The position numbers were made by a program, and so were the translations under genes. Below are positions 24,053 through 35,285 of a stretch of DNA of 64,000 nucleotides, piece after piece. The stretch is taken from positions 14,632,001-14,696,000 of the forward strand of contig NC_043023.1 in NCBI RefSeq assembly GCF_006345805.1. The letters run 5' to 3'. The notes under the pieces are model-generated. The model saw only the letters and a list, made by a program, of their open reading frames with translations, searched no databases and was not told the DNA's origin. Source of the stretch: Octopus sinensis (taxonomy: Eukaryota). Numbering within the stretch: the first letter of the stretch is position 1; each line of letters begins with the position of its first letter.

Positions 24053-25011
24053 TGATTGTTTCTTATCAGGAACAAAACGTTTAATAGGACTGCTATAGAA
24101 GTGCTCAATTAAATGAGACAAATATATTAAACTATGGTTGCAGAACAAACAAATACAGGGTCATCCACATAACATTTCATATCTCAAACATCACATAATG
24201 CTTTTTCTTTCACATAGAATATACATGCATAAAATCACAGAAAATGAAACATAACTCATCAGTACAAACATATAAGAAAATGCAAGAAAAATGTGTGAAT
24301 ACAGTTCATCACGGTTAAAAGTTAATACTTTAGCGATTAAGAAATATATATTTTTTTAAAAACATTACAACATCTAGAATAATAAATACGTAAAAATATA
24401 AAGTAATATATAAATATATAGATATATAAAAAAATATATAAAAGTACATATATATAGGAAGCATATAAATAATTAATATATAATATATAAGGTAAGATAT
24501 TATACATGTATAATGTGATGTTATACATGTATATTCTATGTGAAAGAAAAAGCATTATGTGATGTTTGAGATATGAAATGTTATGTGGATGACCTTGTAT
24601 TTGTTTGTTCTGCAACCACAGTTTAATACATACATACATATATATATACACACACACACACACACATACGGCATATTATTCATACACACAGCATACATCG
24701 AATCAAATTTGATGACTGGCATCCATGCTAGTGGATCGCTAAGAACACCATCTGACCATGATAGTTGTCAGAGCGGCTAACGGGCTTCTGTGTCAGTGGC
24801 ACGTAAAAAGCACCATTTGAGCGTGTTATTACCAGCGTCGCCTTACTGGCACGTGAAAAAACATTTGAGTGAGGTCGTTGCCTGTGCCACTGGACTGGCT
24901 CCTGTGCAGGTGGCACGTAAAAAACACCATTTGAGTGTGGCCATTGCCAGTACCGCCTGACTGGCCCTCGTGCTGGTGGCACGTAAAAGCACCCACTACA
25001 CGTTGATGATG

Positions 25012-25066
<55 letters not shown>

Positions 25067-26080
25067 TATATATATATACAGTGATTGTTTCTTATCAGGA
25101 ACAAAACGTTTAATAGGACTGCTATAGAAGTGCTCAATTAAATGAGACAAATATATTAAACTATGGTTGCAGAACAAACAAATACAGGGTCATCCACATA
25201 ACATTTCATATCTCAAACATCACATAATGCTTTTTCTTTCACATAGAATATACATGTATAACATCACGGAAGATGAAACATAACTCATCAGTACAAGCAT
25301 ATAAGAAAATGCAAGAAAGATGTGTGAATACAGTTCATCACGGTTAAAAGTTAATACTTTAGCGATTAAGAAATATATATTTTTTTTAAAAACATTACAA
25401 CATCTAGAATAATAAATACGTAAAAATATAAAGTAATATATAAATATATAGATATATAAAAAAATATATAAAAGTACATATATATAGGAAGCATATAAAT
25501 AATTAATATATAATATATATATATATAATATATATATATATAATATATAAGGTAAGATATTATACATGTATAATGTGAAAGAAAAAGCATTATGTGATGT
25601 TTGAGATATGAAATGTTATGTGGATGACCTGTATTTGTTTGTTCTGCAACCATAGTTTAATACATACATACATATATATACACACACACACACACATACG
25701 GCATATTATTCATACACACAGCATACATCGAATCAAATTTGATGACTGGCATCCATGCTAGTGGATCGCTAAGAACACCATCTGACCATGATAGTTGTCA
25801 GAGCGGCTAACGGGCTTCTGTGTCAGTGGCACATAAAAAGCACCATTTGAGCGTGTTATTACCAGCGTCGCCTTACTGGCACGTGAAAAAACATTTGAGT
25901 GAGGTCGTTGCCTGTGCCACTGGACTGGCTCCTGTGCAGGTGGCACGTAAAAAACACCATTTGAGTGTGGCCATTGCCAGTACCGCCTGACTGGCCCTCG
26001 TGCTGGTGGCACGTAAAAGCACCCACTACACGTTGATGATGATATATATATATATATATATATAATATATATATATATCA
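24050..26080. repeat. ~1030-bp tandem duplication; each unit is a fold-back element plus a SINE
   Basis: cagtgattgtttcttatcagg at 24050 and 25079; internal ~100-bp inverted repeat 24128-24230 / 24520-24627. Confidence 0.9.
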
Positions 26081-26520
26081 TCATTTAACGTCCGTTTTCC
26101 ATGCTAGCATTGGTTGCACGGTTTGACTGGGGTCTGGGAAGCCAGGAGGCTGCACCAGGCACCAGTCTGATCTGGTAGAGTATCTACAGCTGGATGCCCT
26201 TCCTAACACCAACCACTCCGTGAGTGTAGTGGGTGCTTTTTACATGCCATCGGCACAGGAGGCTGGCCACGGTCAGTTGGTGGTTTTTACGTGTCACCGG
26301 CACGGAAGCCAGTCAAGGCAGCGCTGGCATCAGCCACCACGTTCGGATGGGGCTTTTTACGTGCCACCGGCACGGGTATCACAACTACAATTTCTATTTG
26401 ATTTTCATTTTGATGTTGATGTACTTGACTTAATAGGTCTCCCCAAATATATATATATGCTGTGTGTGTGTGTGTGTATACATATACATACATATATATA
26501 TAAATATATATATATATATA

Positions 26521-26901
26521 CTAGCAGTATCGCCCGGCGTTGCTCAGGTTTGTAAGGGAAATAACTATAAAGCATTTTTAGAGAGTTATAGCCAAAAAAT
26601 AGCAAAAAAATGGGGGGGAATGATGGTAAATTTTTTTTGAGAGTTAAAAAAGGTGGAGTTGCGTCCCCTAGACGGTCTGTGGTTTGGGTTTCTGATTCTC
26701 GACCCCATGTCGAATTTATCGATTTTTTTCAGAACTGGGGTAACTTTTCAAAATTTTCGCTGCGTTAGTTTTGAATTATGACATTGGGCTATGTGTGTGT
26801 CAAGTTTCATCAGAATCGGTTGAAAGCCGTAGTCAGAGTGAGGGTACGAGAAAACAGACACACAGAAAACGCACAGACAAACTGCCGTTTATATATAGAG
26901 A
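26521..26901 (-). mobile_element. Non-autonomous Helitron
   Basis: Minus strand A|TCTCTATATATAAA...gcaacgccgggcgatactgCTAG|T: 5' TC, GC-rich subterminal hairpin-like motif, 3' CTAG, A/T insertion site. Confidence 0.8.
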
Positions 26902-27161
26902 TATATATATATATATATATATGCTGTGTATGTATATGTGCATATATGTATGTATATATTCTGTGTCTGTGTATACTGCATTTTTAATTATATATATGTT
27001 TTGTATGTGTGTCTGTATATGCATATATTGTGTTCATGTATATATATGTGTGTGTATGTGTTTACATGCAGTGTGCCTCTTATGTGTGTGCACATATGTG
27101 AGGCTCAGTTGGCCCGTCACCTGCGTCCCTATCTAAGTCCGTGTGTCTGGTTCCGTTTCAG

Positions 27162-27399
27162 TAATATTTGAGAACGCCACCTCAACGGGGAGCACGACGC
27201 AGGCAGCAACACAACAACACAACGTGACGTCGCAGGAGAGTGCCATGGCACCGCAGACGACAACCATCCATTTAAATCCTATATTAGGAGTGGCACCATT
27301 GGGGCCTTCACCGCTGACCAAGGAGAATTACTATCAACTGACCATGCTCGAGGCTGCTTTCAACCATCTACCACACCCTTCAGATTCTGAAAGGTTACG
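27162..27399 (+). CDS. CNOT3: CNOT3 coding exon (pre-NOT-box anchoring region), phase 1-2
   Basis: ccgtttcag|TAATAT...TTACG|gtaagg; ...[38 protein letters not shown](R), with the conserved HPSDSER motif. Confidence 0.95.
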
Positions 27400-28311
27400 G
27401 TAAGGATCATTCCGCGGGCCCCTGGCCCCAAAAAGAGCTCTGTGGCTCCACCATTCCTTCTACCTTTGATCTTAATCTCTCTCTCTCTCTCTTTCTCTCT
27501 GTGTACTCCACTTTGTCTCTCTCTCTCTTATTTGCTTACTCTCTGTGTCTGCTACTCTCTCACTCACTCACTTTCTTTCTCTCTCTCTCATTCTTTACCT
27601 CTGTCTACTTCCCTCTCTCTCATTTGCTTTTTCTCTGTCTGCTACTCTCTCCTACTTTACTGCTGTCTACTACTCACTCACTCACAGTCTCTCTCTCTCT
27701 ACCTCTGAATGCTACTCATTTTCTCTCTCCCCTTCCCTCTGTCTACTCTTCTCTGTACCTGCTACTCTCATTCACTCACTTCTTCTCTTTACCTCTGTCT
27801 ACTCCTCTCTCTGTCTTTCTCTCTCTACCTACTCCACTCTGCTACTCTCTACTCACTCACTTTCTCTCTCTCTCTCTCTCTCTCTCACTCTTTACCTCTA
27901 TCTACTCCTCTCTCACTCATTTGCTTTTTCTCTATCTGCTACTCTTTACTACTGTCTGCTACTCTCTCACTCACTCACTTTTTCTCTTTACCTCTGTCTA
28001 CTGCTCACTCTGTCTCATTTGCTTTTTCTCTCTCTCTCCCCTTCCCTCTATCTACTCCACTCTGCTACTATCTGAATCACTTACTCCCTCTCTCTCTTTA
28101 CCTCTGTCTACTCCCCTCTCTCTGTCTCATTTGCTTTTTCTCTGTGTCTTCTACTCTCACTTTCTCTCTCCCTTTGACTACTCCTCTCTGTCTCTGCTAC
28201 TCTCTCACTAACTCACTTTCTCTCATTACCACAGTCTACTCACTCTCTCTGTCCACCTCCCTCTGTTTCACTGTCTGTCTACCTCTTTCACTCTCTCTCT
28301 CTCTCTACCTC

Positions 28312-28480
28312 TGGCACCATTGGGGCCTTCACTGCTGACCAAGGAGAATTACTATCAACTGACCATGCTTGAAGCTGCTTTCAACCATCTACCACACCCT
28401 TCAGATTCTGAAAAGTTACAGTAAGGATCACATCGTTGCCCCCACTCCCATAAAGAGTACTGTTGCTTCACCATTCCTTC
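28312..28480 (+). other. Partial duplicate of the CNOT3 exon 27162-27399 3' half plus adjoining intron start
   Basis: 109 nt with 5 substitutions versus 27291-27399; donor gtaagg retained at 28421; downstream intron homology is much weaker. Confidence 0.92.
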
Positions 28481-28493
28481 TGGCTATGAATTT

Positions 28494-28538
<45 letters not shown>

Positions 28539-28745
28539 ACCTCTGTCTACTCCTCTCTCTCTCTCTCTCTCATTTGCTTTCTGTCTCTGTCTTTTACTCT
28601 CTCTCTCTCTCTCCTTCATGCTGTTCTCACTCTTTCTTTCTTTCTTTCTACTGCTGCCTCTTTCTATCTTCCTCTTTCATTCTCTACTTCTTTGTCTCTT
28701 TCTCTCTGTCTAACTCTCTCTCTCTCTTTTCCTATATATAACTTT

Positions 28746-29704
28746 TGGAAACATTCTTTCATGCTAAGAGTTGCTGAAGTATGGAACAAACTGCCGGCAT
28801 CAGTTGTTAGTTGTTGGAGCACTGCATCCTTCAAAACTTCCATGCTTCCTGAGATTCGCCAACACTACACCCGATTTTCTCCCCTCCATACACACGCAAG
28901 CATGTATCTGACTCATACACTGTTCACTTTCCAGACTTTTGTACATTACTGCATATACTTTATATGCACTTTCTGACAAGTCGTGGTGCACCTGAGCACT
29001 ATATACAATAATTTCATTATTATTATAGAACAATCAAGGGAAATACCTTTATCATTGGTATATAAATATATGCTCCCTTGATTTTAAACCAGATTAATAA
29101 GGACCAACAGATGAAACACCTGGCCCTTAAGTCATTCTGTAACTTTTTCCCAGTGTTAAAGAAAACCATACCTTATATATAAGGCGAGGGGCTTTCTCCG
29201 TCCGGGTTGCAGATCCGTGGAATAAGCTGCCGGACGAGATAGTGAAGATGCCGACGACTGCTCGCTTCAAAGTCTCTCTTGACCAGAAATGGCCTGAACT
29301 CTTTGTATGACCACCCTCCCTGTACATAACTCCATGTCCCCCTACATGGCCTTGCTTTTTGAGCCAAAAAATTAACTTAACTTATAAGCACTGGAGTTGG
29401 TTTGTTTATATCCATGTAACTTAGTTTGGCGTAAGAGACTGGTAGGCTGCGGGGTCACTCCGAAAAGCTCTTTCTGCGACGATTTCATCTCAATCGAAGG
29501 AGAGGGGCTTTCTCCGTCCGGGTTGTGGATCCGTAGAATAAGCTGCCAGACGAGATAGTGAAGATGCCGACGACTGCTCGGTTCAAAGTCTCTCTTGACC
29601 AGAAATGGCCTGAACTCTTTGCATGACCACCCTCCCTGTACATAACTCCCTGTCCCCCTACATGGCCTTCCTTTTTGCTTTTTGAGCCAAAAAATTAACT
29701 TAAC
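28746..29704 (+). mobile_element. Cluster of CR1/L2-type LINE 3' ends (28746-29026; tandem pair 29181-29381 and 29445-29704)
   Basis: RVAEVWNKLPASVV...FK and RRGAFSVRV.DPWNKLPDEIV...FKVSLD motifs; tails (ATT)n and (TTAAC)2. Confidence 0.75.
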
Positions 29705-29721
29705 TATTTCTTTCATTTCAG

Positions 29722-29854
29722 GCTGTACCTGCCGCGGAACCCTTGCCAGACCCCGTCGTACTACCCCCAGATTCCTCCACAACATGCTGACACTGTAGAA
29801 TTTTTTCAACGGCTGTCCACAGAGACATTATTCTTCATTTTTTATTACATGGAG
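29722..29854 (+). CDS. CNOT3: CNOT3 coding exon (connector / start of NOT box), phase 2-0
   Basis: catttcag|GCTGTA...ATGGAG|gtgagt; [44 protein letters not shown]. Confidence 0.97.
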
Positions 29855-30749
29855 GTGAGTCCCCACCCTCCTCCTTATTTTTTCGTTCCCCTCCTTGATG
29901 CTGTGACACTATACGGAAAGGGTTGGAGTAGAGTAAGGGCCTGTTGTTGTTGTTGCTGCTGACGTTGTCTAGCCCCTATTCAATCCTTGTCCAATAGACA
30001 TGATTAACCCTTTGGTGTTTGCATTATTCTGCCAAAGATAATCCTTTTTTATCCACATTGTTTTGAACTAATCCTGCATTATCTTGTAGCTGTGAGATTC
30101 TGATGAGGTAGCTGTTAATTTTTAAAGCGATATTGTAGGGTTGGTGTGAGAGACCAGATCTGGCCAGTTTGAACATAAAACAGGCAGAATACTTTTGGCC
30201 GGATATGGCCGGTTTAAATGCTAAAGGGGTTAAATGGATTTTTGTAAGGATAGCTTGAGCTCCCTAGCAGCAGTGAAAGCAATCAATCTAGAAGGAAAAC
30301 TCCAAAACTAATACCCTCTTAAACAATGGAGGCCTCCTAGAAATAACAGCTAAATTGCCCTCAAATCACACCTTTGTGTCTTAGGATCATCATCATGATC
30401 ATTTAGTGTCCATTGTCCATGCAAGCATGGATTGGACAGTTTGACCAGGGCTGGTAAGGTGAAGGGCTGCACCAGACTCGAGTCTGATTTGACAGTTTCT
30501 GTGGTTGGATGCCCTTCCTAACACCAACCACTCCAGGAGTGTAATGGGTGCTTTGCCAGTTGCATGAGACCAGTGTCCTCCACGGCTAGGATTTCACTTG
30601 ATGGTCTACCTTCTCAAGCACAGCATATTGCCAAAGGTCTTGGTCGTTTGCCATTGCCTCTGTGAGGCCCAACGCTTGAAACATGCTTTTTACTGACACC
30701 TACAAAGGCCACAACCATGATTTCACTTGGCTTGACAGGTCTTCTGAAG

Positions 30750-31555
30750 CATTAAACAATGGTGATGTGCTAGAAATAACAGCCAAATCTCCCTCAAATC
30801 ATGCTCTATTGATTTAGGATGCATTAAACGGTGTAGACCTGCCAGTAATAACAGTCAGATCTCCCTCAAATTACACCTTTGTGTCTTAGAAAATACTAAT
30901 CAATGTAGACCTAGACCTGCTAGAAATAACAGCCAAATCTCCCTCAAATCATGCTCTATTGATTTATGATGCATTAAACAATATAGACCTGCCAGTAATA
31001 ACAGTCAGATCTCCCTCAAATTACACCTTAGTGTTTTGAGATATATTAAACTGTGTAGATCTGTTAGAAATAACAGCCAAATCTCCTTCAGATCACACCT
31101 TAGTGTCTTAGAAAATACTAAACATGTAGACCTAGAGCTGCTAGAAATAACAGCCAAATCACCCTCAGATCACTCTATATGTTTTAAGATACATTAAACA
31201 GTGTAGACCTGCTAGAAATAACAGCCAAATCACCCTCAGATCACTCTATGTCTTAAGATACATTAAACAGTGTAGACCTGCTAGAAATAACAGCCAAATC
31301 TCCTTCAGATCACACCTTTGTGTCTTAGAAAATACTAAACAATATAGACCTAGACCTGCTAGGAATAACAGCCAAATCACCCTCAGATCACTCTCTATGT
31401 CTTAAGATACATTAAACAGTGTAGACCTGCCAGAAATGACAGCTTAATCTCCCTCAAATCTCTTCTTTTTGTCTTGGAATACATTAAACCACATAGACAT
31501 GCTAGAAATAACAGCCAAGTCTCCTTCAAATTATACCCTACTGTCTTAAAAAAAC
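30750..31555. repeat. ~72-bp minisatellite, about 11 diverged units (69-78 bp)
   Basis: Consensus ctgctagaaataacagccaaatctccctcaaatcac...ttaaac.gtgtagac; isolated monomer at ~30330. Confidence 0.9.
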
Positions 31556-31600
31556 TATATCCCTTCTCTCTGCTATATCCAGGACACCTTTCATCTTAAC

Positions 31601-32877
31601 CAGGGGATTTCAACCATTTTTTTTTTTTTATCTAGGGATCCCTTTGATTACCATTTTATTCCGGTTGACGCTCATAGCTATTCAGAGTTTAAAAACTAGT
31701 TTTATAGATACTTTCAAAATTTCTATTTTGTTTTTCACATATTAACTTTTGTAGGTTGAACTATGTAAAATGTTAGAGAAAGAAACCTGGCACTTTCTTG
31801 AAATACATACATCTACAGCAAAACTTTTTCAAGGACCCTTAAAATACTACTGCAGATCCTCAATTTATTCTTTTGCTTGTCTGGAACTCCCTTTGATTAT
31901 TATTTTATTCTGGTGGACCCCCATAGCCATTTGGTATTTAAAAACTAATTTTTAAAGAAGCTTCTTTCAAAATTCCTATTTCGTTTTTCACACATTAACT
32001 TGTCTAAGATGAACTATGAAAAATGTTAGAGAAAGAAATCTAGCTGCTTCTTGCAATACATACATTTAAAGCAAAATTTTTTCACAGGTCTGTGAAGTAC
32101 TATTCCGGACCCTCAATTTACTATTTTGAATGTGTGGATCTCCTTTGATTACTTATTCCGGGTCGTTCCCCCCCCCCCGCTAGCCATTCGATGTTTGAAA
32201 ACTAATTTTATAGATGCTTCATTCAAAATTCCTATTTTGTTTTTCAATTAACTTTTGTAGGTTGAACTATGTAAAACATTTGAGAAAGGAACCTAGATGT
32301 TTCTTGCAGTACATTCCAATTCATAGATCTGAAGCAGGGATTCTCAACCATTTTTTATCCAAGGAGCCCTCTGATTACTTTCTTATTCTTGGGAACTCCA
32401 TAGCTTTTCAATGTTTAAAAACTAATTTTATAGAATCTTCTTTCAAACTTCCTATTTTGTTTTTCACACATTAACTTTTGTAGGTTTCAACTATGTAAAA
32501 TGTTAGAGAAAGAAACCAGGCCGTTCCTTGAAATACATTCATCTAAAAAAAAAAATTTTTTCATGAACCCTTAAAATACTGCTGTCGATCCCCAACTTTA
32601 ATATTTTGCTTATGTGGACGCCCTTTGATTGCTATTCTATTCTGGTGGATCCGCCCCTAGACATTCCATGTTTAAAAACTAATTTTGTAATTCTTTGTTT
32701 TTTACTCGTTAACCTGTGTAGGTTAAACTGTGAAAAATGTTAGAGAAAGGAATTTAGCTGTTTCTAGCAATACATACCTATACATACATCTAAAACAAAA
32801 TTTTTTTCATTGACCCTTAAAATACTATTGTGGATCCCCAATCATTTTATTTCATGGACCCTAGTTGAGAACCACTA
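31601..32877 (+). mobile_element. hAT (Charlie-like) MITE with tandemly amplified ~240-250 bp interior
   Basis: Degenerate left end caggggatttcaacc (31601), right end gttgagaaccact (32864-32876), about 5 diverged internal units with aaaactaattt...ttagagaaag. Confidence 0.65.
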
Positions 32878-33013
32878 ATCCAGACCCTTTTTTTCTCGGT
32901 AACCTTTAAATTACTATTACTAGTACCCCGCACACTTCCTCTCACATCTTTCCACTTTCCAAGATACCTTTCTGCAGCCCTTTGCTAAAACCCCTTTTCG
33001 CTATTGTCCGCAG

Positions 33014-33139
33014 GGTACAAAAGCTCAATATTTGGCAGCAAAAGCCCTGAAGAAGCAGTCTTGGAGATTCCACACCAAATATATGATGTGGTTCCAGAGA
33101 CATGAGGAGCCAAAAACCATCACAGAAGATTATGAACAG
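33014..33139 (+). CDS. CNOT3: CNOT3 coding exon (NOT box), phase 0-0
   Basis: gtccgcag|GGTACA...GAACAG|gtaaac; [42 protein letters not shown]. Confidence 0.98.
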
Positions 33140-34383
33140 GTAAACTTCTCACCTGCTTCCCTTTTACTGTTCACCAATCTGAGTATCACTTGTCTATCTC
33201 TCTCTCCATCTGTGTATTTGTCTATCTTTCTGTCTGTCTCTCTAACTCTGTCTGTTTGTATATCTAGCTTTCTATCTCTCTGTCTTTCTGTCTGTCCATC
33301 TTTCTATCTGTCCATCTTTCTATCTGTCTATCTTTCTATCTGTCTGTCTGTCTGTTAGTTAGTATGTATGTTTGTATGCATGTGTGCATCAACATATGTC
33401 ATTTTGAGTTACATCTCTTCCAACTTTGTGGCATTTTTTGTAAGAAATTAATGGCAAACGTAGCCCTCCACATCACTCAATTTATCTGACACTGCATCAG
33501 TCTCAGCAATATTATGAAATAAAAAAAAATACACATGAAAACCAATACTGATGTGGGAAATCAAATAAGATACATGTGAAGATTTGTGCAAACTATTTAT
33601 TAAAAAAGAAGCAAATAAAAAGAATTTTTCTTTTAGTTAATTCACACATCTTGGAACCATTTACTGACATAAGTTAAGCTATGCCTGTATATGTATATAT
33701 ATATCATCATCATCATTGTTTAACATCTGTTTTCCATGATATATATATATATATATATATATTATTTATATTTATTATCATCATTTAGCGTCCGCTTTCC
33801 ATGCTAGCATGGGTTGGACGGTTCAACTGGGGTCTGGGAAGCCAGAAGGTTGCACCAGGCCCGGTCTGATCAGGCAATGTTTCTACGGCTGGATGCCCTT
33901 CCTAACACCAACCACTCCATGAGTGTAGTGGGTGCTTTTTTATGTGCCAGACGAGGCTGGCAAACGGCCACGATCGGATGTTGCTTTTTACGTGCCACCG
34001 GCAATGCGGTCATATATAAGGATCTACCCTAAGTTCAATCTTGTTCATAGATTGAACACACTGAAAGTACATAATCTGTTGTCAACAATCTCTTGATTGA
34101 TAAGGCACTCTACTAAATTGGGGATTTAGTTCACAGGTAATCTAAATGATTAGGTACACTAAGTAAGTGCTGTAACGGATTACTAGGGCTCCAAGGTTAT
34201 AGCTGAGATGGTAGTTATGGATCCACTGCAGATTTCCGATGCAGTGGATATATAATTGTTAAAGAGGACAACAAACGTTAATCCAAGGCAATCATCTCAA
34301 GTCATATACATTATCATTATTGGAAAAAATTCAAAGTCTTTCAGCTGTTTCTGGAATTTCCCCAAGTATGAGATTCCTTATTT

Positions 34384-34439
34384 GTCTCTGATGATGGAAT
34401 ATCTCATACTCGGGGATATCCCAGAAACAGCTGTAAGAC
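34384..34439 (+). ncRNA. Type-I hammerhead ribozyme motif, complete core, inside a 284-bp fold-back (34247-34530)
   Basis: Helix I GUCU/AGAC; CUGAUGA 34388-34394; helix II UGGAAUAUC..GAUAUCCCA (8/9); GAAA 34424-34427; helix III palindrome ACAGCUGU; GUA, predicted cut after 34435. Confidence 0.8.
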
Positions 34440-35248
34440 TTTGAATTTTTTCCAATAATGATAATGTATATGACTTAAGATGTTTGCCTTGGATTAAAGT
34501 TTGTTGTCCTCTTTAACAATTATATATATCATGTGACTGACCAGGCTATCAGATGTTATTGCTTATTGCACACCGCTGGGCACAATGTGCTTCTGCATTG
34601 GTTTAGCCCTCAAATGGTGCCACCCTACTGGCTAGGCAAGCAGACCAACGTCCCCCCCCCCGCCCCGGTTGAAAGTGGGGACTGGAGCAATGTGAAATGA
34701 AAACAGGCTGGCAGAAACGTTAGCAAGCCGGCCAAAATGCTTAGCGGTATTTCGTCTGCCGTTACGTTGTGAGTTCAAATTCCGCCAAGGTCGACTTTGC
34801 CTTTCATCCTTTCGGGGTCGATAAATTAAGTACCAGTTACGCACTGGAGTCGATGTAATCGACTTAATACCTATGTCTGTCCTTGTTTGTCCCCTCTGTG
34901 TGTAGTCCCTTGTGGGTAGTAAAGAAATAGGTATTTCGTATCCCGTTACATTCTGAGTTCAAATTCCGCCGAGGTCAATTTTGCCTTTCATCCTTTCGGG
35001 GTCGATAAATTGAGTAACAGTTACGCACTGGGTGCGATGTAATCAATTTAATCCCTTTGTCTGTTCTTGTTTGTCCTCTCTGTTTAGCCCCTTGTGGGCA
35101 ATAAAGAAAAAGAAAAAGTGAAATGAAGTGTTTTTCTCAAGGATACAATGTGCCACTCAGTCAGACAATCAAACCCACGATCTTACAATAGTGGGTACAA
35201 CAGCCTAACCACTAAGCCACATGCCTTCATGCGCACACACACACACGC

Positions 35249-35285
<37 letters not shown>

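Noticed and set aside
27442-28234. Long L/S-rich ORFs (up to 236 aa)
   Set aside because: Translations of a CT-rich low-complexity intron tract; open in all three frames
30750-31555. CRISPR-like look (conserved ~35-bp part plus variable part)
   Set aside because: The variable parts are homologous to each other rather than unique spacers; eukaryotic intron; no cas genes
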